64,000 nt of DNA. Origin: an uncultured Candidatus Saccharibacteria bacterium. GTDB lineage: Bacteria > Patescibacteriota > Saccharimonadia > Saccharimonadales > Saccharimonadaceae. Both the position numbers and the translations under genes were made by a program. This document shows, piece after piece, positions 29,623 to 39,762 of the stretch. The notes below the pieces were generated by a model. It saw only the letters and a list, made by a program, of their open reading frames with translations. It did no database searches and had not been told where the DNA came from. The stretch is from NCBI GenBank assembly GCA_963542585.1, contig CAUTXA010000001.1, positions 4,456-68,455 of the forward strand, read 5' to 3'. How positions within the stretch are numbered: the first letter of the stretch is position 1; each line of letters opens with the position of its first letter.

Positions 29623-29967
29623 ATGATTAGTCAGCAATATCGTTTTCATGGTCATGCCAGTGTCCGATATGTCTTAAATAAGGGTAAGCAGGCTCGAAGC
29701 AAGGAGCTGTCGCTGAAGTGTGTCAGCAACCAGCGACGCCGGAAATCTCGAATGGCCGTGGTGGTCAGTAAAAAAGTGCTCAAGCATGCTGTAGACCGCA
29801 ATCGGACTCGCCGTCGGATCTATGAGCAGTTACGCTTAAGACTAACTAAGTTTCGGCAGGTAGTTGATCTGGTGGTGATCGTTTATCAGCCGATCGACCA
29901 ATTGTCGCCGGGTCAGCTAGGTGAGCAGCTGGATAAACTGCTCGTTAAACTTGACGTCATTTCCTAA
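29623..29967 (+). CDS. rnpA: Ribonuclease P protein component
   Basis: RMAVVVSKKV.KHAVDRNRTRRR; synteny rpmH-rnpA-yidC. Confidence 0.95.
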   Translation: MISQQYRFHGHASVRYVLNKGKQARSKELSLKCVSNQRRRKSRMAVVVSKKVLKHAVDRNRTRRRIYEQLRLRLTKFRQVVDLVVIVYQPIDQLSPGQLGEQLDKLLVKLDVIS

Positions 29968-30015
29968 TCCTTCTAAAAGTAGTCAAGATAGTAGCTAGAT
30001 GATAAAATACAGCAT

Positions 30016-30960
30016 ATGAATCTATTTGACCGTCTATTGACTCAGCCCATTTTTAATCTGCTGGCGTTTATCTACAATTTTATCGGTGATTTTGGCGTTT
30101 CGATCATCATCGTGACTATCCTGATCAGGCTGCTGATGTGGCCACTGGTCAAGAAGCAACTTCACCAGACGAAGATGATGCGTCAGATACAGCCGGAGCT
30201 AAAGAAGATTAAGCAGAAAGCTAACGGTAATCGGATGCTGGAGTCCACCATGCTGATGGAGCTTTATCGAGAGAAGAATATCAAGCCTTTTAGCTCGATG
30301 CTGGTCTTGCTCATCCAGATACCGATCATGATTGCTATCTACCGGGGAATTAGGATTGCTTCGGGCGGTAACTTCAATCATCTTAACGGGATCAACCCGG
30401 CTGACTACTTATACCCCTTTATGAGCGGCTTTCATAAAGCGTCAGAGATGATGAGCGGTAATCATTTGATGCTGCTGGGGGTGGTTGATCTGACTAAGGT
30501 AGTCGCCGGTTACTTACCGGGGCTGATGATCGCCATCTTAGCTACCGTCTTTCAGTTTTATCAGACTAAGCAAATCATGCCCAGTGCCGGTGAACACAAG
30601 AAGCTGAAAGACTTATTCAAGCAGGCGTCGAAGGGGCAGGAGGTTGACCAGTCGGATATGGTCTCGGCTATGAATCGCAATATGCTGTACTTTACGCCGA
30701 TCATGACCCTGATGGTGATGCTAGCTTTGCCCGGAGCGGTGGTACTATACTATGCCACTACTTCGCTGGTGGCGATCGGTCAACAGCAGCGTGTCTTAAG
30801 TCGTAGCGAAGAAGAGCTAGAGAAGATGGCTAGTAGCCATAATGCTCAGCGATCCAGGCAGGCCCAAGAGGCGGTAATCATCCGTAAGAAAGCGACTAGT
30901 AAGAAAGATAGTAAAGCTAGTGGCGGTAAGACGGTGGTACGACGGATTAAGGCGAAGTAA
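30016..30960 (+). CDS. yidC: Membrane protein insertase YidC/Oxa1
   Basis: FGVSIIIVTILIRLLMWPL, QPELKKI, LLIQIPI, LPGAVVLYY. Confidence 0.95.
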   Translation: MNLFDRLLTQPIFNLLAFIYNFIGDFGVSIIIVTILIRLLMWPLVKKQLHQTKMMRQIQPELKKIKQKANGNRMLESTMLMELYREKNIKPFSSMLVLLIQIPIMIAIYRGIRIASGGNFNHLNGINPADYLYPFMSGFHKASEMMSGNHLMLLGVVDLTKVVAGYLPGLMIAILATVFQFYQTKQIMPSAGEHKKLKDLFKQASKGQEVDQSDMVSAMNRNMLYFTPIMTLMVMLALPGAVVLYYATTSLVAIGQQQRVLSRSEEELEKMASSHNAQRSRQAQEAVIIRKKATSKKDSKASGGKTVVRRIKAK

Positions 30961-30969
30961 GGAGAAAGT

Positions 30970-31455
30970 ATGGATAGAGAAGAATCAATCATTTATGCCA
31001 AGAAATATGCCGAAGATCTAATGTCGTTCTTTGGTCTCAATGTCGATGTCTATGCTACGGCAGAGGAAGATATCATAGAGCTGTCGGTACCGAGCTCGTA
31101 TCTATCCAATCTATTGATCGGCAACCGAGGTGACACCTTGCGTAGTATCCAGACTCTCATCAGGGTTACCTTGATCCAGCAGAAAGCGTTGTTATACCGA
31201 GTGAATCTGGATATCGCTGACTATAAAAAGCGTCATAATGAACAGCTGGCCGACAAGGCTGAGAAATGGGCAAAGTCGGTCATGACGACCGGTGAGCCGA
31301 TGCCGCTAAAACCAATGAATCCGGCGGAGCGACGAGTGGTTCATAAAGTACTGGGTGATTATACACAATTATCGACCGAGAGCGAGGGTGAAGGTGCTGA
31401 AAGACATGTAGTAATCCGCAAGATTACTACTCCCGAGAGTAAGTCCGGCGCTTAA
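30970..31455 (+). CDS. jag: Jag/KhpB RNA-binding protein (KH plus R3H), short form
   Basis: LIGNRGDTLRSIQ, LDIADYK, PMNPAERRVVH, SEGEGAERHVVI. Confidence 0.92.
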   Translation: MDREESIIYAKKYAEDLMSFFGLNVDVYATAEEDIIELSVPSSYLSNLLIGNRGDTLRSIQTLIRVTLIQQKALLYRVNLDIADYKKRHNEQLADKAEKWAKSVMTTGEPMPLKPMNPAERRVVHKVLGDYTQLSTESEGEGAERHVVIRKITTPESKSGA

Positions 31456-31862
31456 TGCTTGTCAGTGAAGACGAAGCGATTATAAGTCAGGTAATTCCAA
31501 GTCAGGCTAAAGACTGAAGCGCCTAGCTTGGCTAAGTTGTTAAAGACTTGATCAGGTAAACTAAAACGAGGTAGGTAATGCTGAGCTAGGATTATCAGCC
31601 CATTCTGGATTACCCAGATACCGATAGCGGTAAAGATAAAGAAGAGAATGACTTGGCGTAAGTAGTCTTGTCCGGCATTACGGAAAGTCCATTTCTTATT
31701 CATCAAAAAGCTGTAGATCATGGCGATACCGGTCGAAATAGTATTAGCTATGATGAGATTAAGACCGGCTAAGCTGAGCAGATTCATCAGGGTGAAGTCA
31801 AGGACGGTATTGGAGATACCGACTATGGCGAAGCGAAGTGGTCGATGCTTAGTGTCTTTCAT
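31452..31862 (-). CDS. GtrA family flippase
   Basis: RFAIVGISNT.LDF, YSFLMNKKWTF, WNYLTYNRFVF. Confidence 0.9.
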   Translation of the reverse strand: MKDTKHRPLRFAIVGISNTVLDFTLMNLLSLAGLNLIIANTISTGIAMIYSFLMNKKWTFRNAGQDYLRQVILFFIFTAIGIWVIQNGLIILAQHYLPRFSLPDQVFNNLAKLGASVFSLTWNYLTYNRFVFTDKH

Positions 31863-32821
31863 GAGCGATGATGTTTAGACTGATGCTGATCTTGGATCAG
31901 ATAGAGCGGACGCCCCTTTGTCTCGATGAAGATTCGCCCGATATATTCACCGATGATACCTAGCGATAACATCTGGATACCACCCAGGAAAAGGACGGCG
32001 ATCAGTAGAGTGTTAAACCCGCCGATTCGAGGTACACCTAGCAGCGCTTGGAATAAGATGATGATAATGTAAATAAAGGTTAATAAGCTAATGACCATGC
32101 CGGCGACGGTGATCAGGCGCAAGGGGATAGTGGTAAAGCTGGTGAAACCGTCAATGGCTAGGTTGATTAAAGAGTTGCCCGGGGAGAGGAGACCGAACTT
32201 CCACTTGGTCTGACCGGCAGTACGGTCAGACTGATCATAAGTAATTTCTTTCTTGTGGTAGCCGATCCAAGAAAAGAGAGCTTTATTCTGGCGTGATGAT
32301 TCACGAAATTGGCGCAGCGCCTCGAGACAACGACGATTAAGCAAACGAAAATCACCGGTATCAATCTGGATAGGTACTCGGGTGGTCTTTTGTAGAGTGC
32401 GGTAATATATGTGAGAGGTGAAACGACGCACTGCTGAATCTTTCCTTTTGTTGCGTTTGGCGTAGACATCGTCATAGCCCTGTTCCCACCATTTGATCAT
32501 CTTAGGGATGACCTCCGGTGGCTCTTGACCATCAGCATCCATAATGACAGCGGCGTCACCTTGAGCATGATCTATACCGGCGGCTACGGCAATCTCCTTA
32601 CCGAAATTACGAGATAAATTAATATACGATACCCTCGGGTCCTGTTTAGCGAAGCCACTTAGCAGGTCGCTAGTATGGTCACGTGAGCCATCGTTAACGA
32701 AGAGGAACTCAAAGTCATAATTATCAATCCTCTTGGCTAATTTAGTCAGACGGCTAATGATATCGGGCAGAGTCTCCTCTTCGTTGTAGGCGGGGATGAT
32801 GATAGTGATTAGCTTACTCAT
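31859..32821 (-). CDS. GT2 polyprenyl-phosphate glycosyltransferase (GtrB/CsbB-like)
   Basis: IPAYNEE, VNDGSRD, LSRNFGKE, MDADGQ, DTGDFRL, GIIGEYIGRIF.ETK.RPLY. Confidence 0.92.
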   Translation of the reverse strand: MSKLITIIIPAYNEEETLPDIISRLTKLAKRIDNYDFEFLFVNDGSRDHTSDLLSGFAKQDPRVSYINLSRNFGKEIAVAAGIDHAQGDAAVIMDADGQEPPEVIPKMIKWWEQGYDDVYAKRNKRKDSAVRRFTSHIYYRTLQKTTRVPIQIDTGDFRLLNRRCLEALRQFRESSRQNKALFSWIGYHKKEITYDQSDRTAGQTKWKFGLLSPGNSLINLAIDGFTSFTTIPLRLITVAGMVISLLTFIYIIIILFQALLGVPRIGGFNTLLIAVLFLGGIQMLSLGIIGEYIGRIFIETKGRPLYLIQDQHQSKHHRS

Positions 32822-32843
32822 TAACTAATATCGTAACATAAAG

Positions 32844-33914
32844 CTATAGTTTTCTCTTGAGCTTATGCCATAGACCGGTGGTAAGGCGATGGTATTTCAC
32901 GGCATTAGATAAACTGATAGAAAATAGGGCGAGACGGGGGTGCCTAATAAGATACCTGATAGTGCGCTCTAGTCGCACTTTACGGCGACCGATGATTGAT
33001 GGGTGACTGAGCGGCGCTTGACCATCGACTTGATGAATCTGACGGATCATACCCAGCTTAGTACTCTTAGGTAAATCAGCTGAATAGGTAGCCAGCAGAT
33101 GAGAGTAGATCCAGCTATATTTAATCCAGCGTAGTAAACTATCTCGTGGCTCACCGGAAGGGACATCGGCTAAGAATTTCTCCAGCGCAGTGAAATTATC
33201 TAGTCTATTTTGATAAACCAGAGATGATTTACTAAAAGTACCACCGTCTAAGCTCTGGTAATAATTGTAAAGCGGGGCGGGGATGAATGAGATATGGCAA
33301 ATCAGGCTAAGATAGTCGAGATTAAAGAGGAGGTCCTCACCGAAATTAACGCCCGACTGAAAGGCGAGATGATGCTCCTTAATGAGAGAAGTGAGATATA
33401 TCTTATTCCAGACTTGATAGAGCCTCCCGTCGATGCCGAGCAAGCGAAGGATATATATTTCCCAAGGCTCATCGGTCTGACGACTAGGTAGCGATTCACT
33501 GCAGACATCCACTCTAGATAGCTCCTGTCGGTTCTTCCGGGTGATGATGGTAAAGCCGCTCACTGCCAATTGAGCTTGATTACTCTTGATGGCACTAATG
33601 AACTTGGTTAAAGCTCCCTTCTTTAGAGTGTCATCAGCATCGAGAAACATCAGGTATTTACCCTTAGCACGAGATATGCCGGTATTGCGAGCGACACTGG
33701 CACCACCATTAGCCGGTTGGTTAATAGCCGTGATGCGCCGGTCAGATCGGCTTAACCGGCTAAGCACCTGAGCGGTATCATCAGTCGAATGGTCATTGAC
33801 GATGATCAGCTCATAGTCAGAGTAGTCTTGCGCTCTGATGCTATCAACCATTTCGGTGATATCGCTGGCACAATTATAAGCAGGGATAATAATGGACAGC
33901 TCGGGTCTAGTCAT
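32844..33914 (-). CDS. Family 2 glycosyltransferase
   Basis: SIIIPAYN, VNDHSTD, GASVARNTG, FLDADD, FGEDL.FN; start reassigned to MTRPEL, 6 nt after TGTTATCAT. Confidence 0.9.
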   Translation of the reverse strand: MTRPELSIIIPAYNCASDITEMVDSIRAQDYSDYELIIVNDHSTDDTAQVLSRLSRSDRRITAINQPANGGASVARNTGISRAKGKYLMFLDADDTLKKGALTKFISAIKSNQAQLAVSGFTIITRKNRQELSRVDVCSESLPSRQTDEPWEIYILRLLGIDGRLYQVWNKIYLTSLIKEHHLAFQSGVNFGEDLLFNLDYLSLICHISFIPAPLYNYYQSLDGGTFSKSSLVYQNRLDNFTALEKFLADVPSGEPRDSLLRWIKYSWIYSHLLATYSADLPKSTKLGMIRQIHQVDGQAPLSHPSIIGRRKVRLERTIRYLIRHPRLALFSISLSNAVKYHRLTTGLWHKLKRKL

Positions 33915-33978
33915 AGCTATATGATAACAAACTATAGTATAATCACGATAAGAGTAATGACTAGATAGAGGGATAGTA

Positions 33979-34584
33979 ATGGTTGAAGTGACGTATAAAA
34001 AGAAGAAATCATTTAAGGCGATCATCGGGGTAACGATATTTATCTTCGTCGTCTTGCTTGCTACTTTGATCACGGTGATTGTGATTAGCGCTCAGAAGGG
34101 TGATGATTATAAAGTGAAGAAGACACCTGCTGCCAAGCAGGCAAAGAAGCCTAAACCAAAGAAAGAGCCGGATGATGAAGAAGAAACTGATGATAAAGAC
34201 GACCCGAATAAACCGGCTGAAAATAATAATGACCCTAATAATCCGAAGACAAATAAAAAGAGGAAAAAGACTCCTAAACCAATCAAGGGTAAGATAGATA
34301 ATACCAGCCTCGTTAACGGGTCACTCCAAGTAAGAGTGACTATCAATGAAGTAATCAATGACGGCACTTGCGAACTGGCTCTAGTTGGTCCACGTGAGCA
34401 GAAGTATAATAATACCACGCAGATTATCGCTAATTCATCCACCACCTCCATCTGTAACGGCTTTGATGTGCTGATTAACGATGTTGAACGAGATCGTGAT
34501 AAACAGACCGGTAAGTGGTCAGTCACCGTTAACCTGTCGACTAAGACTCGCCAAGGTAAATTAACCGGCGAAATAATCTTGTAA
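33979..34584 (+). CDS. Membrane-anchored protein with charged stalk and Cys-pair beta-rich domain
   Basis: N-terminal TM helix, K/D/N/P linker; C-terminal domain similar to that of 42562..43152. Confidence 0.75.
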   Translation: MVEVTYKKKKSFKAIIGVTIFIFVVLLATLITVIVISAQKGDDYKVKKTPAAKQAKKPKPKKEPDDEEETDDKDDPNKPAENNNDPNNPKTNKKRKKTPKPIKGKIDNTSLVNGSLQVRVTINEVINDGTCELALVGPREQKYNNTTQIIANSSTTSICNGFDVLINDVERDRDKQTGKWSVTVNLSTKTRQGKLTGEIIL

Positions 34585-34626
34585 CTCGCTTTTACTAACT
34601 GATTAGATGTTATAATAGGGCGGTAA

Positions 34627-35463
34627 ATGAGACGGACGACAGGTAAACTAATCAGTAAATACCGCTACTCTTGGATATTACTGCGTGAGCTAGTCAAGAC
34701 TGACTTCAAGCTTCGCTATCAGGGCTCAATGCTGGGGATGGCTTGGTCAGTCCTCAAGCCTCTGATGCTTTTTGCGGTGATGTATGTAGTGTTTGTCCGC
34801 TTCCTTCGCTTCGGGGCGGGTATTCCACACTTTGCCGTCTCGCTATTACTGGCTCAGACATTATGGGCTTTTTTCCAGGAGGCAACTTCACAGGGGATGC
34901 AAGCCATCGTCGGGAGGGGTGATTTACTACGCAAGCTAAATTTCCCTAAGTATATCGTAGTAGTATCATCAACGGTCTCGGCTTTGATAAATCTGGTGAT
35001 TAGTCTCTTCGTGGTGCTGATCTTCATGATCGTTAACGGAGTGGAGTTTCGTCCGACTATTTTACTGTTTCCTTTAGTCGTGGTCGAACTGTACATTTTT
35101 GCTCTAGGAATTGCCTTTCTACTTAGCACTATGTTTGTTAGATTTCGAGATATTGGTCACATCTGGGATGTGATCATGCAAGCGTGGTTTTATGCTACAC
35201 CCATCATTTATCCCTTGACGCAGCTGATTAATGTTGGCTGGCTATCTGTCGCTAAGTTAGTTCTGATGTTAAATCCGATCGCCCAGATCATTCAAGATGC
35301 CCGCTACCTAGTAGTGACGACTCAGACGGAAACAATCTGGGGGCTGGTTGGTCAGCAGTGCTGGCTCTTAAAGCTAATTCCTTTGCTGATTATAGCAATA
35401 GTACTATTGGTCGGTGTGACGGTATTTCGGCGCCGGTCGCCATACTTTGCGGAGGAGCTGTAG
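34627..35463 (+). CDS. wzm: ABC-2 polysaccharide exporter permease
   Basis: LVKTDFKLRYQGSMLG.AWS.LKPL, FRDIGHIW, FYATPIIYP, LNPIAQII. Confidence 0.93.
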   Translation: MRRTTGKLISKYRYSWILLRELVKTDFKLRYQGSMLGMAWSVLKPLMLFAVMYVVFVRFLRFGAGIPHFAVSLLLAQTLWAFFQEATSQGMQAIVGRGDLLRKLNFPKYIVVVSSTVSALINLVISLFVVLIFMIVNGVEFRPTILLFPLVVVELYIFALGIAFLLSTMFVRFRDIGHIWDVIMQAWFYATPIIYPLTQLINVGWLSVAKLVLMLNPIAQIIQDARYLVVTTQTETIWGLVGQQCWLLKLIPLLIIAIVLLVGVTVFRRRSPYFAEEL

Positions 35464-35466
35464 GTG

Positions 35467-36210
35467 ATGAATAAGGATAAAGTCGCACTAAGGGTGAGTC
35501 ATGTCAGCAAATCATTTAAGTTGCCGACTGAACATTCCAACGAAATAAAGCAAGTCTTCGTGAATTGGACAAAAGGAATTAAAGGCTATCGACGCCAGGA
35601 GGTACTGAAAGATATCTCGTTTGAGGTTAAGAAGGGCGATTTCTTTGGTATCGTTGGTCGTAATGGGTCCGGTAAATCAACTCTACTAAAACTAATCTCA
35701 GGCATTTATCCGCCCGACCAGGGGCAAATTAAAGTTAACGGCTCGCTGGTGTCGTTCATCGAGCTGGGAGTTGGCTTTAATCCTGAGCTGACCGGTCGGG
35801 AAAATGTCTATCTTAATGGAGCGATGCTTGGCTTTAGTCGGAAGCAGGTTAGCGCTATGTATGGCGATATCGTTGATTTTGCCGAGCTACATGATTTTAT
35901 GGACCAGAAGCTGAAGAACTATTCCTCCGGTATGCAAGTTCGCTTAGCCTTCTCAGTGGCGATTAAAGCTAAGGGTGATATCTTAGTCCTGGATGAAGTA
36001 CTGGCAGTCGGCGATGAAGCATTCCAGAAGAAATGTCATGACTACTTCCAGGAGGCGAAGCGAAGAGGTAAGACGATTGTCCTGGTGACGCATGATATGA
36101 GCGCAGTGCGAGAATTCTGTAATAGAGCGATCTTGATCGATGATGGACTGATCAAAGTGGAGGGCAATCCCAGCGAGGTGGCGGATGAGTATAGTGGACT
36201 CTTTCGCTAA
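35467..36210 (+). CDS. wzt: Polysaccharide ABC exporter ATPase
   Basis: GRNGSGKSTLL, ELGVGFNPELTGRENV, YSSGMQVRLAFS, DEVLAVGD. Confidence 0.94.
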   Translation: MNKDKVALRVSHVSKSFKLPTEHSNEIKQVFVNWTKGIKGYRRQEVLKDISFEVKKGDFFGIVGRNGSGKSTLLKLISGIYPPDQGQIKVNGSLVSFIELGVGFNPELTGRENVYLNGAMLGFSRKQVSAMYGDIVDFAELHDFMDQKLKNYSSGMQVRLAFSVAIKAKGDILVLDEVLAVGDEAFQKKCHDYFQEAKRRGKTIVLVTHDMSAVREFCNRAILIDDGLIKVEGNPSEVADEYSGLFR

Positions 36211-36296
36211 TAATCTGACAAAAGCGATCAAAACAAGAATATAAAATGAAGAAACATAATTAAGATAAGCTAAAAAAGACTAACGCTAAGTAAGCG

Positions 36297-37403
36297 TTAG
36301 CTCGAATTACCTAGTTGCTTGGCTGGTTGGTGTCTCGTAATCAGCGCTGATGATTTCTTGGTTAGATAACGGTATAACTTGTCAAAGAGGTAGGCAATGA
36401 TACTGGAAACAATAAAGACCACGATGACTTGAATTGGCGCCCATATTAGCTGGTCTGTCCATGTATTAAGACGATTATGATTTAGCAGGTAGGTATAGAA
36501 AATATTAATAATAACCATATGGACGAGATAAGTGTAAAAAGATATCTCTGATAACTTAGTAATAACCTTAGTGGCACAGGAGGATAACTTAACCTTACTG
36601 AAATGGTATTTTATGAATATAAATCCTGCCGAACTGATAAACACTGGTAGTATTGAACGTCCAGTCACAAGATCTTCGGTTATATCGTTCGTTAACGCTT
36701 GAAGTATAGGTAAGGACACAAGACTAATTACGCCTAACATATAAATGAGTTTTTTCTTAGCAAGGGATATGTTGTATTTAGTAAAATAAAACCCTAATAA
36801 TAATAAGTTAGCATAGGCAATGATATAAGGTAAAGCAACCCCGCTGAATAATGTTTTATGGTAGTATCTAGCTAATATAAATAACTCAGATAATACATTA
36901 CCAAATATAAATATTAGACAAATTAACAGTTTAATCTCTTTCCTGTTTAACGATTGTATTATTTTTTGTAAAAACGGGATAAAGAAATATATCATTACAA
37001 TGACATACATAAACCACATATGTCCGTATGTACCAGGATAATTAGAAAATGAAACGATAAACTTTGTGATTGACCAAGGTGGTTTTGTAAAGAATAAATA
37101 ACTAACTAAAGAGAATATGATAAATGGTATAACGAGTCGGTAAATAATATTTTTTACAAAACTAGTGTAAGATTCTCGGGTGATTGGTTTTCTAGTCTGC
37201 CTAAGTGTTAATGCTCCGGTAAGCATAAAAAAGGCAGGGACTGCCATTCGATTGAGCGAATTTAATACGCCAAAGATGGAGTACGGTAGAAGCTGTAATG
37301 GTTTAATGTAAGTGTATTGATAAACAGATATGGTGTGGATACTGATTACCATGATAGTTGCAATGACTCGGAGGATATCACACCACAGTAAACGAGATTT
37401 CAT
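36297..37403 (-). CDS. Acyltransferase-3 family membrane O-acyltransferase
   Basis: DILRVIA..MV..IH, R.AVP.FFMLTG, HMWFMYVI, SF..YLVH; many TM helices; visibly AT-rich. Confidence 0.88.
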   Translation of the reverse strand: MKSRLLWCDILRVIATIMVISIHTISVYQYTYIKPLQLLPYSIFGVLNSLNRMAVPAFFMLTGALTLRQTRKPITRESYTSFVKNIIYRLVIPFIIFSLVSYLFFTKPPWSITKFIVSFSNYPGTYGHMWFMYVIVMIYFFIPFLQKIIQSLNRKEIKLLICLIFIFGNVLSELFILARYYHKTLFSGVALPYIIAYANLLLLGFYFTKYNISLAKKKLIYMLGVISLVSLPILQALTNDITEDLVTGRSILPVFISSAGFIFIKYHFSKVKLSSCATKVITKLSEISFYTYLVHMVIINIFYTYLLNHNRLNTWTDQLIWAPIQVIVVFIVSSIIAYLFDKLYRYLTKKSSALITRHQPAKQLGNSS

Positions 37404-37440
37404 TATGTATTATCCTAGCACACATGCTAATATGATAGTA

Positions 37441-39762
37441 ATGACTAAGATGGATATAGCACTCAATATCACTCTCCATAATGAAGGGGATTTACTCTAC
37501 AAGACTTTTCAGTCAATCGCTCTGAATGTTAAGGCTCTGAAAGAAGAATATCCGAGGCTGAAAGTCCAGGCTAATGTATCGTTAGACTGTCCGGATGACT
37601 ATACTAAGCAATTCTTCGCTAAGTCGAAGCACTTTTTGGCGGAGGTCGTAGACGAGCTACGGCATTACACAGTTGACTTTGCCGACCTATCACAAAGTCG
37701 TAATTATCTGATTGATAAAGCTCTGGCTAGTAAAGTGGAGTATATCCAGGTATATGATGGTGACGATTTGTTCTCAGTTAAATATCTACTCAGGATGTAT
37801 CAGTTAGCGCTTAAGGCTAATAAGCCGGTGGTGATCGAGCCGGAGTTTATACTGGATATGGATGAATGGAGCGGGCTATGTCGTACAGGTGCTATTAGAA
37901 AGCTTCTTGCTTCTAACGATCCGCATCAATTAGCCACTAATATGTATGCAAATAACTTATATCAGTCACAGATCTTTGTTAGCAGTAGTATCTTTAATAA
38001 AATTAAATACACTCCCGGTGATAAACGATATCGCTATGAAGATTACCACATCCTAACAGAGATGATCGCCAGCGGTTATGATATCTCAGTGGCTCCTGGT
38101 ACAATGATACTTTATCGTCGAAAATTAACCGGCTCACTTTTAGCTAATTCTAGCTCAAATTGTCGGTTATGTTTAGCACCTAGTCGATTCTTTACTCCAT
38201 CAGTCTTTCGCAGCTTTAACCACCGTAATACTAAGGAAATGCGAGAATTATCAGCTAAATTAGACGAACCGGTAATCACGAATGATCAATCAAAGGATAG
38301 TGCTGAGCAATATATTAAAGTTCACCACTCGCCAGCTAGGAACGTCTTACTTTATGGTAAACGACTACTTATCGAGACAGCACGATCAGCTAAACAGGCT
38401 GGTCGACTAATAAGACATCAGGAACGTACGACCAAATTAAGTACTGATAAGCTAAAAGAGCTTAATCTAGAGAGGCTAAATAGAGCCGGCTTCACTAGGG
38501 AAATGTTTGATGATATTAGACAGTTAAATAATATCGAACCGTTGGCAACTTATAATACGACAGACTTTATTAATTTATTGCCGGTCTATACGGCGATTCA
38601 ACCGAGTGAACTAAATGATGTCTACTATCGTCTATGTAGTTTACCTGACATTGAGCAAACTACTGACTTACTTTTAATTCCTCACTTAACAAGGGGTGGA
38701 GCGGACAAGGCAATGGTTGAGCTTTGTCAGGCCTTATCTGAGCATGGTCGGCGGGTGTTGGTAATCGGGACGAATGCCGGTGACAAGAATCTTTGGCGAG
38801 ACCGACTAAATGAACTTCCCGGAGTAACCTTCCTAGAAAGAGACAAATATTTTCCACTTGATCAGATTGGCGATAAAGACCTGGAGATCATGCTACTGAG
38901 GATGATTCAGAATTGGCCAAAACTGGAACGTCTAACGGTGATGAACTCGGGGGTTGGCTATAATCTAATTAATGAATGGCATGACGAAATTAAACGTCAT
39001 ACTCAAGTTATTATTCATGACTGGTGTTATGGAATAAATGACTGTGGTCTAACTTTTGAGACGACTATTCTCAGCAAAGTATATCGTTATATTGATTACC
39101 TAATCACTGATGGTGGAGGCTATAAGAAGCAGCTAATGGAAATCAATGGTTGGGACGGTCAAAAGATCAAGCCGATCGCTCTGCCGATTGCACCGGTAGA
39201 GATGAAACAAGACTATACCATTAAGCACCATATCATGTATGCGGGTCGCTTTAGTGCCCAGAAACGACTTGACTTAATTCTCGCCTCACACCGTGAGTTA
39301 GCGGAACGAGGAATTCAACTAGATATCTATGGATCCCCTGACCGGGATGATAAGCTGTACGATGGTAAGGATATGAAGCTTGTAGAGCAAATTAATAATG
39401 CTCATTATCTGGGGACGTTTAATGGGTTTAGAGAACTACCGATTGATCAAGTAGATATGCTAATTTTACCGACTCAGTTTGAAGGGTTGCCCAATATAGT
39501 ACTGGAAGCGCTTAAGTCTAATCTATTCGTGATCGTAGGGAAATGCGGTTCTCTGCCTGAAGTAATCAAGGACGGTAAGAATGGCTTCTTAGTTGATGAT
39601 AACGGTAATGCTAAGGCTTACTTAGAGGCTATTCTAAAGTTCTATGATCAGTCTGATCGACTGCTTTCACCTGATGAACGCAAGAAATTTAATCAGAAAA
39701 TATTACACGAACACGACAGAGCGATTTATCAAAAGCATATCGGAGAAGTTTATGGCTGGTAG
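37441..39762 (+). CDS. Multidomain glycosyltransferase (GT2-like N-terminus plus GT4-like C-terminus)
   Basis: TLHNEG, DLSQSRN, DGDDLFS, YEDYH; then GGADK, GRFSAQKRLD, EGLPNIVLEA. ATG 37441 lies 7 nt after TGCTAATAT. Confidence 0.85.
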   Translation: MTKMDIALNITLHNEGDLLYKTFQSIALNVKALKEEYPRLKVQANVSLDCPDDYTKQFFAKSKHFLAEVVDELRHYTVDFADLSQSRNYLIDKALASKVEYIQVYDGDDLFSVKYLLRMYQLALKANKPVVIEPEFILDMDEWSGLCRTGAIRKLLASNDPHQLATNMYANNLYQSQIFVSSSIFNKIKYTPGDKRYRYEDYHILTEMIASGYDISVAPGTMILYRRKLTGSLLANSSSNCRLCLAPSRFFTPSVFRSFNHRNTKEMRELSAKLDEPVITNDQSKDSAEQYIKVHHSPARNVLLYGKRLLIETARSAKQAGRLIRHQERTTKLSTDKLKELNLERLNRAGFTREMFDDIRQLNNIEPLATYNTTDFINLLPVYTAIQPSELNDVYYRLCSLPDIEQTTDLLLIPHLTRGGADKAMVELCQALSEHGRRVLVIGTNAGDKNLWRDRLNELPGVTFLERDKYFPLDQIGDKDLEIMLLRMIQNWPKLERLTVMNSGVGYNLINEWHDEIKRHTQVIIHDWCYGINDCGLTFETTILSKVYRYIDYLITDGGGYKKQLMEINGWDGQKIKPIALPIAPVEMKQDYTIKHHIMYAGRFSAQKRLDLILASHRELAERGIQLDIYGSPDRDDKLYDGKDMKLVEQINNAHYLGTFNGFRELPIDQVDMLILPTQFEGLPNIVLEALKSNLFVIVGKCGSLPEVIKDGKNGFLVDDNGNAKAYLEAILKFYDQSDRLLSPDERKKFNQKILHEHDRAIYQKHIGEVYGW

